A stretch of DNA of 64,000 nt from Carcharhinus longimanus (Eukaryota), in assembly GCA_030264375.1 (NCBI GenBank), contig JASCQW010000002.1, positions 118,236 through 182,235 on the forward strand, read 5' to 3'. Each line of letters begins with the position of its first letter. Positions within the stretch are counted from its first letter, which is position 1. Below the pieces are notes generated by a model. The model saw only the letters and a program-made list of their open reading frames with translations. It was not told where the DNA came from and ran no database searches. Made by a program: the position numbers and the translations under genes. Positions 61,416-64,000 of this stretch are shown piece after piece.

Positions 61416-63465
61416 AAAGAAGCAGTGAAATGGCTTCAAATTGCTGTCAAATTGTGGAATTGTCAGGTTATCCGTGTAAGACTTCAGAAACGTTTTGGTG
61501 TAATGTTGGGTGGAATCATACAAGGAAATGGGAAATTTAGCATACTTTCGGAATTCATTAACTAATCACTTAATGTACTACAATATATAAATATTGTCCG
61601 GTAAATGGACGATCCGTTGATGCAAATGATGACCCCTGATCTAAACTTCCAGCAAGAGAGAACATCCTTTCCACATCTACACTTTCAGTACCCTCCAGGA
61701 TCTTAGCGGTTTTGATCAAACCGCTTCCTACTCTCCAAAACTGCAGTGAATGCAAACCGGGTCTCTGCAAACTTAACACATCAGTAACCAGCCCATTACA
61801 GATATTAGCACAGAACACTTTTTTTTAACTACTTCCAGTAGAATTAAATCTTTCCTTAAGTAAGGAGTCTATAACTGCATACAATGCTCCTGTTGTAGAC
61901 ACACCGATGTATTATCGACCTGAAACACAACCTCCCGGAAGTTGTAGTCATTTCCCCTCACAGAATTTCCAAGAAGACCACAGAGGGGGAAGGTTGAGGG
62001 GCTGTTGCAGTGCCGTAGGCGCGATTTTTTTTCGACATTGTATGATGACAATCCATTTCCGCATTGTTGAATTTACTTTCAGCCTCGTATGTAGTAATCT
62101 GCAAGGAAGGGATGTGTTTCTGTTTCTGAATGTGAATGGCCAACGCATTTGGAAGAAAGTTCAGAGTATTTTGGGGGCCTTTGGGAAATTTCATTCGTGC
62201 AGAGAAGTCATTGAGATGACGTTTCAAAAAAATCCAAATCCTATTTTTACCTCTGATGAAGGAACAGTCACATGGACTGGAAACGTTAACTCTGTTTCTC
62301 TCTTGNNNNNNNNNNNNNNNNNNNNNNNNNNNNNNNNNNNNNNNNNNNNNNNNNNNNNNNNNNNNNNNNNNNNNNNNNNNNNNNNNNNNNNNNNNNNNNN
62401 NNNNNTCTTTTTTTTATCTGTGTCTAAATGTCTTGGTGACGAATCTTATTTACCTCAGCATCAAGTAAAATCCCAACATATATGCATGAACTCCAATACC
62501 AGAATTCACAGGTTAACACTGAGTGACTGAACCATAGATTGTCTATTTTGCAGCTGAAGGCCATTGGACACATCGATCCTGAACTCACTCAGAGTATCTT
62601 ATTCGTGCTTTATTCCTGTAACTCCACTTATTCATCCCGCTGAACACCAAATTTATACATATTGGGATACTAAGGGACCATTAGTATCGGCCTAAGCTGT
62701 CCACCTTTGCACTGGTTGAACTCTTTTGTACAATGGAACATTCAATCTATCTCTCTTCTATTTACATGCTGAACACCATGTGGAGATGTTGGTGTTGGAC
62801 TGGGCTAGGCTCAGTCAGAAGTTTCACAACAACAGGTTAAAGTCCAATAGATTTATTTGCTGTCATGAGCAGCGCTCTGAAAACTCGTGATATGCGATAA
62901 CCCTGTTGAACTTTAATCTGGTGTTGTGCGACTTTTTACAGCACCCTGACAAGTTTCAACCAGACAATTTTGCTATTTTGAACACTGCCAAATTGTTAAT
63001 GATCTCCTACCTGTCAGCTCTTATGTTTTTTTTTCTAAAATGTGCAATGCTTCCTCTGAAAATCCCGCAACATTTTCCTCTCTTGAAGACAGATCCAAAC
63101 ATTTTGTGATATAAAGCTAACACCATCTACCCCGAAGGGATACTTTTCTTGTCAGCAGAAAATCACAGCCAGCGTTCCTTTGAAGGCTGCTCGAAAGTTT
63201 GTCAACATTTTCACTCAGGTTCAATGTGAAACTCAATCACACGACTCAGTTAAGGCCTGACCATGAATTGGTCAAATACACAACATGCATTCACGTTGGA
63301 TTCTGAGGTAAACAACCTCCTTTCAAAACTTCTCCAAGAACACTGCCTTATCTCACATAGGTTTTNNNNNNNNNNNNNNNNNNNNNNNNNNNNNNNNNNN
63401 NNNNNNNNNNNNNNNNNNNNNNNNNNNNNNNNNNNNNNNNNNNNNNNNNNNNNNNNNNNNNNNNN

Positions 63466-63526
63466 TCTCCCAAACTGTGACTGGTGTAATATTCAATCTG
63501 ATTGAAGGAGTCAATGCTTGAAGAAA
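63466..63526 (-). CDS. Paralogous copy of the first tail exon (SSSIDSFNQIEYYTSHSLG), cut by gap
   Basis: Matches 53234 onward in frame with only conservative changes. The acceptor is conserved and the upstream intron (63530-63950) is visibly more diverged from 52840-53230. Confidence 0.6.
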
Positions 63527-64000
63527 CTGGTAAGCACAAAATGATTGGCTATTAGGCAAATTGTCTGCGGTTGTTTCATTACGTTTTTATGATGATAAAG
63601 AACGATTCAGAAAGTCGACGTCTACATCACAACAATTTCAACGCCACTGTGACAATGTCCTGACATTTGATCGTGGCACCAGTCTGGGAGAACTGTGAGC
63701 AGACTGACTGCAGTGGTTTAAGGGGAAGAGTCAGCGCCACATTACTGGGGCAACTGTGGATGGATTAATTATGTAACTCTGGTTCTGAACAGTCCAATGT
63801 GTGAGACATCAGTGAACAGAAAATAATGTAAAGAACAAATCTGTACCGGCTGGGTCAGAGGACAGGGTTTTCTGATACAGAATCTCTTCCCACTTCCATA
63901 TTGTTTCCCTGCCCTTTATCTCCAGAGGTGAAAATCCATCAGTAGTGAAAATAAATCATGGATGTCGCAGGCAAGGCACAAAAAAAAGGCCAGAAATAGT

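Overview
Vertebrate genomic DNA, almost certainly from a cartilaginous fish (shark-type V-SINEs, CR1 LINEs, Penelope-like repeats, expanded GPR139-like receptors). It is a fragmented draft: roughly 25 short contigs joined mostly by 100-N spacers. Several contig ends share exact 75-77 nt overlaps with other contigs, so contig order is not reliable. Protein-coding content is exons from three families. (1) A complete two-exon beta-defensin-like gene on the minus strand (29476-29383 joined to 28620-28487, 75 aa) with TATA, CCAAT and polyA signals and an unusually acidic mature peptide. The ORF track splits it into two unrelated-looking ORFs. (2) At least five paralogous GPR139/GPR142-like class A GPCR genes or pseudogenes, whose first exons carry a 21-nt (7-aa) tandem repeat of variable coding length. 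(3) Group B SRCR exons (CD163/WC1/DMBT1-like), plus a spliceable three-exon cytoplasmic tail with tyrosine motifs and a C-terminal S-D-I, present in several copies. The rest is decayed retroelements, some with minimal hammerhead-ribozyme cores, and minisatellites. All calls were made by eye; no database searches were run.
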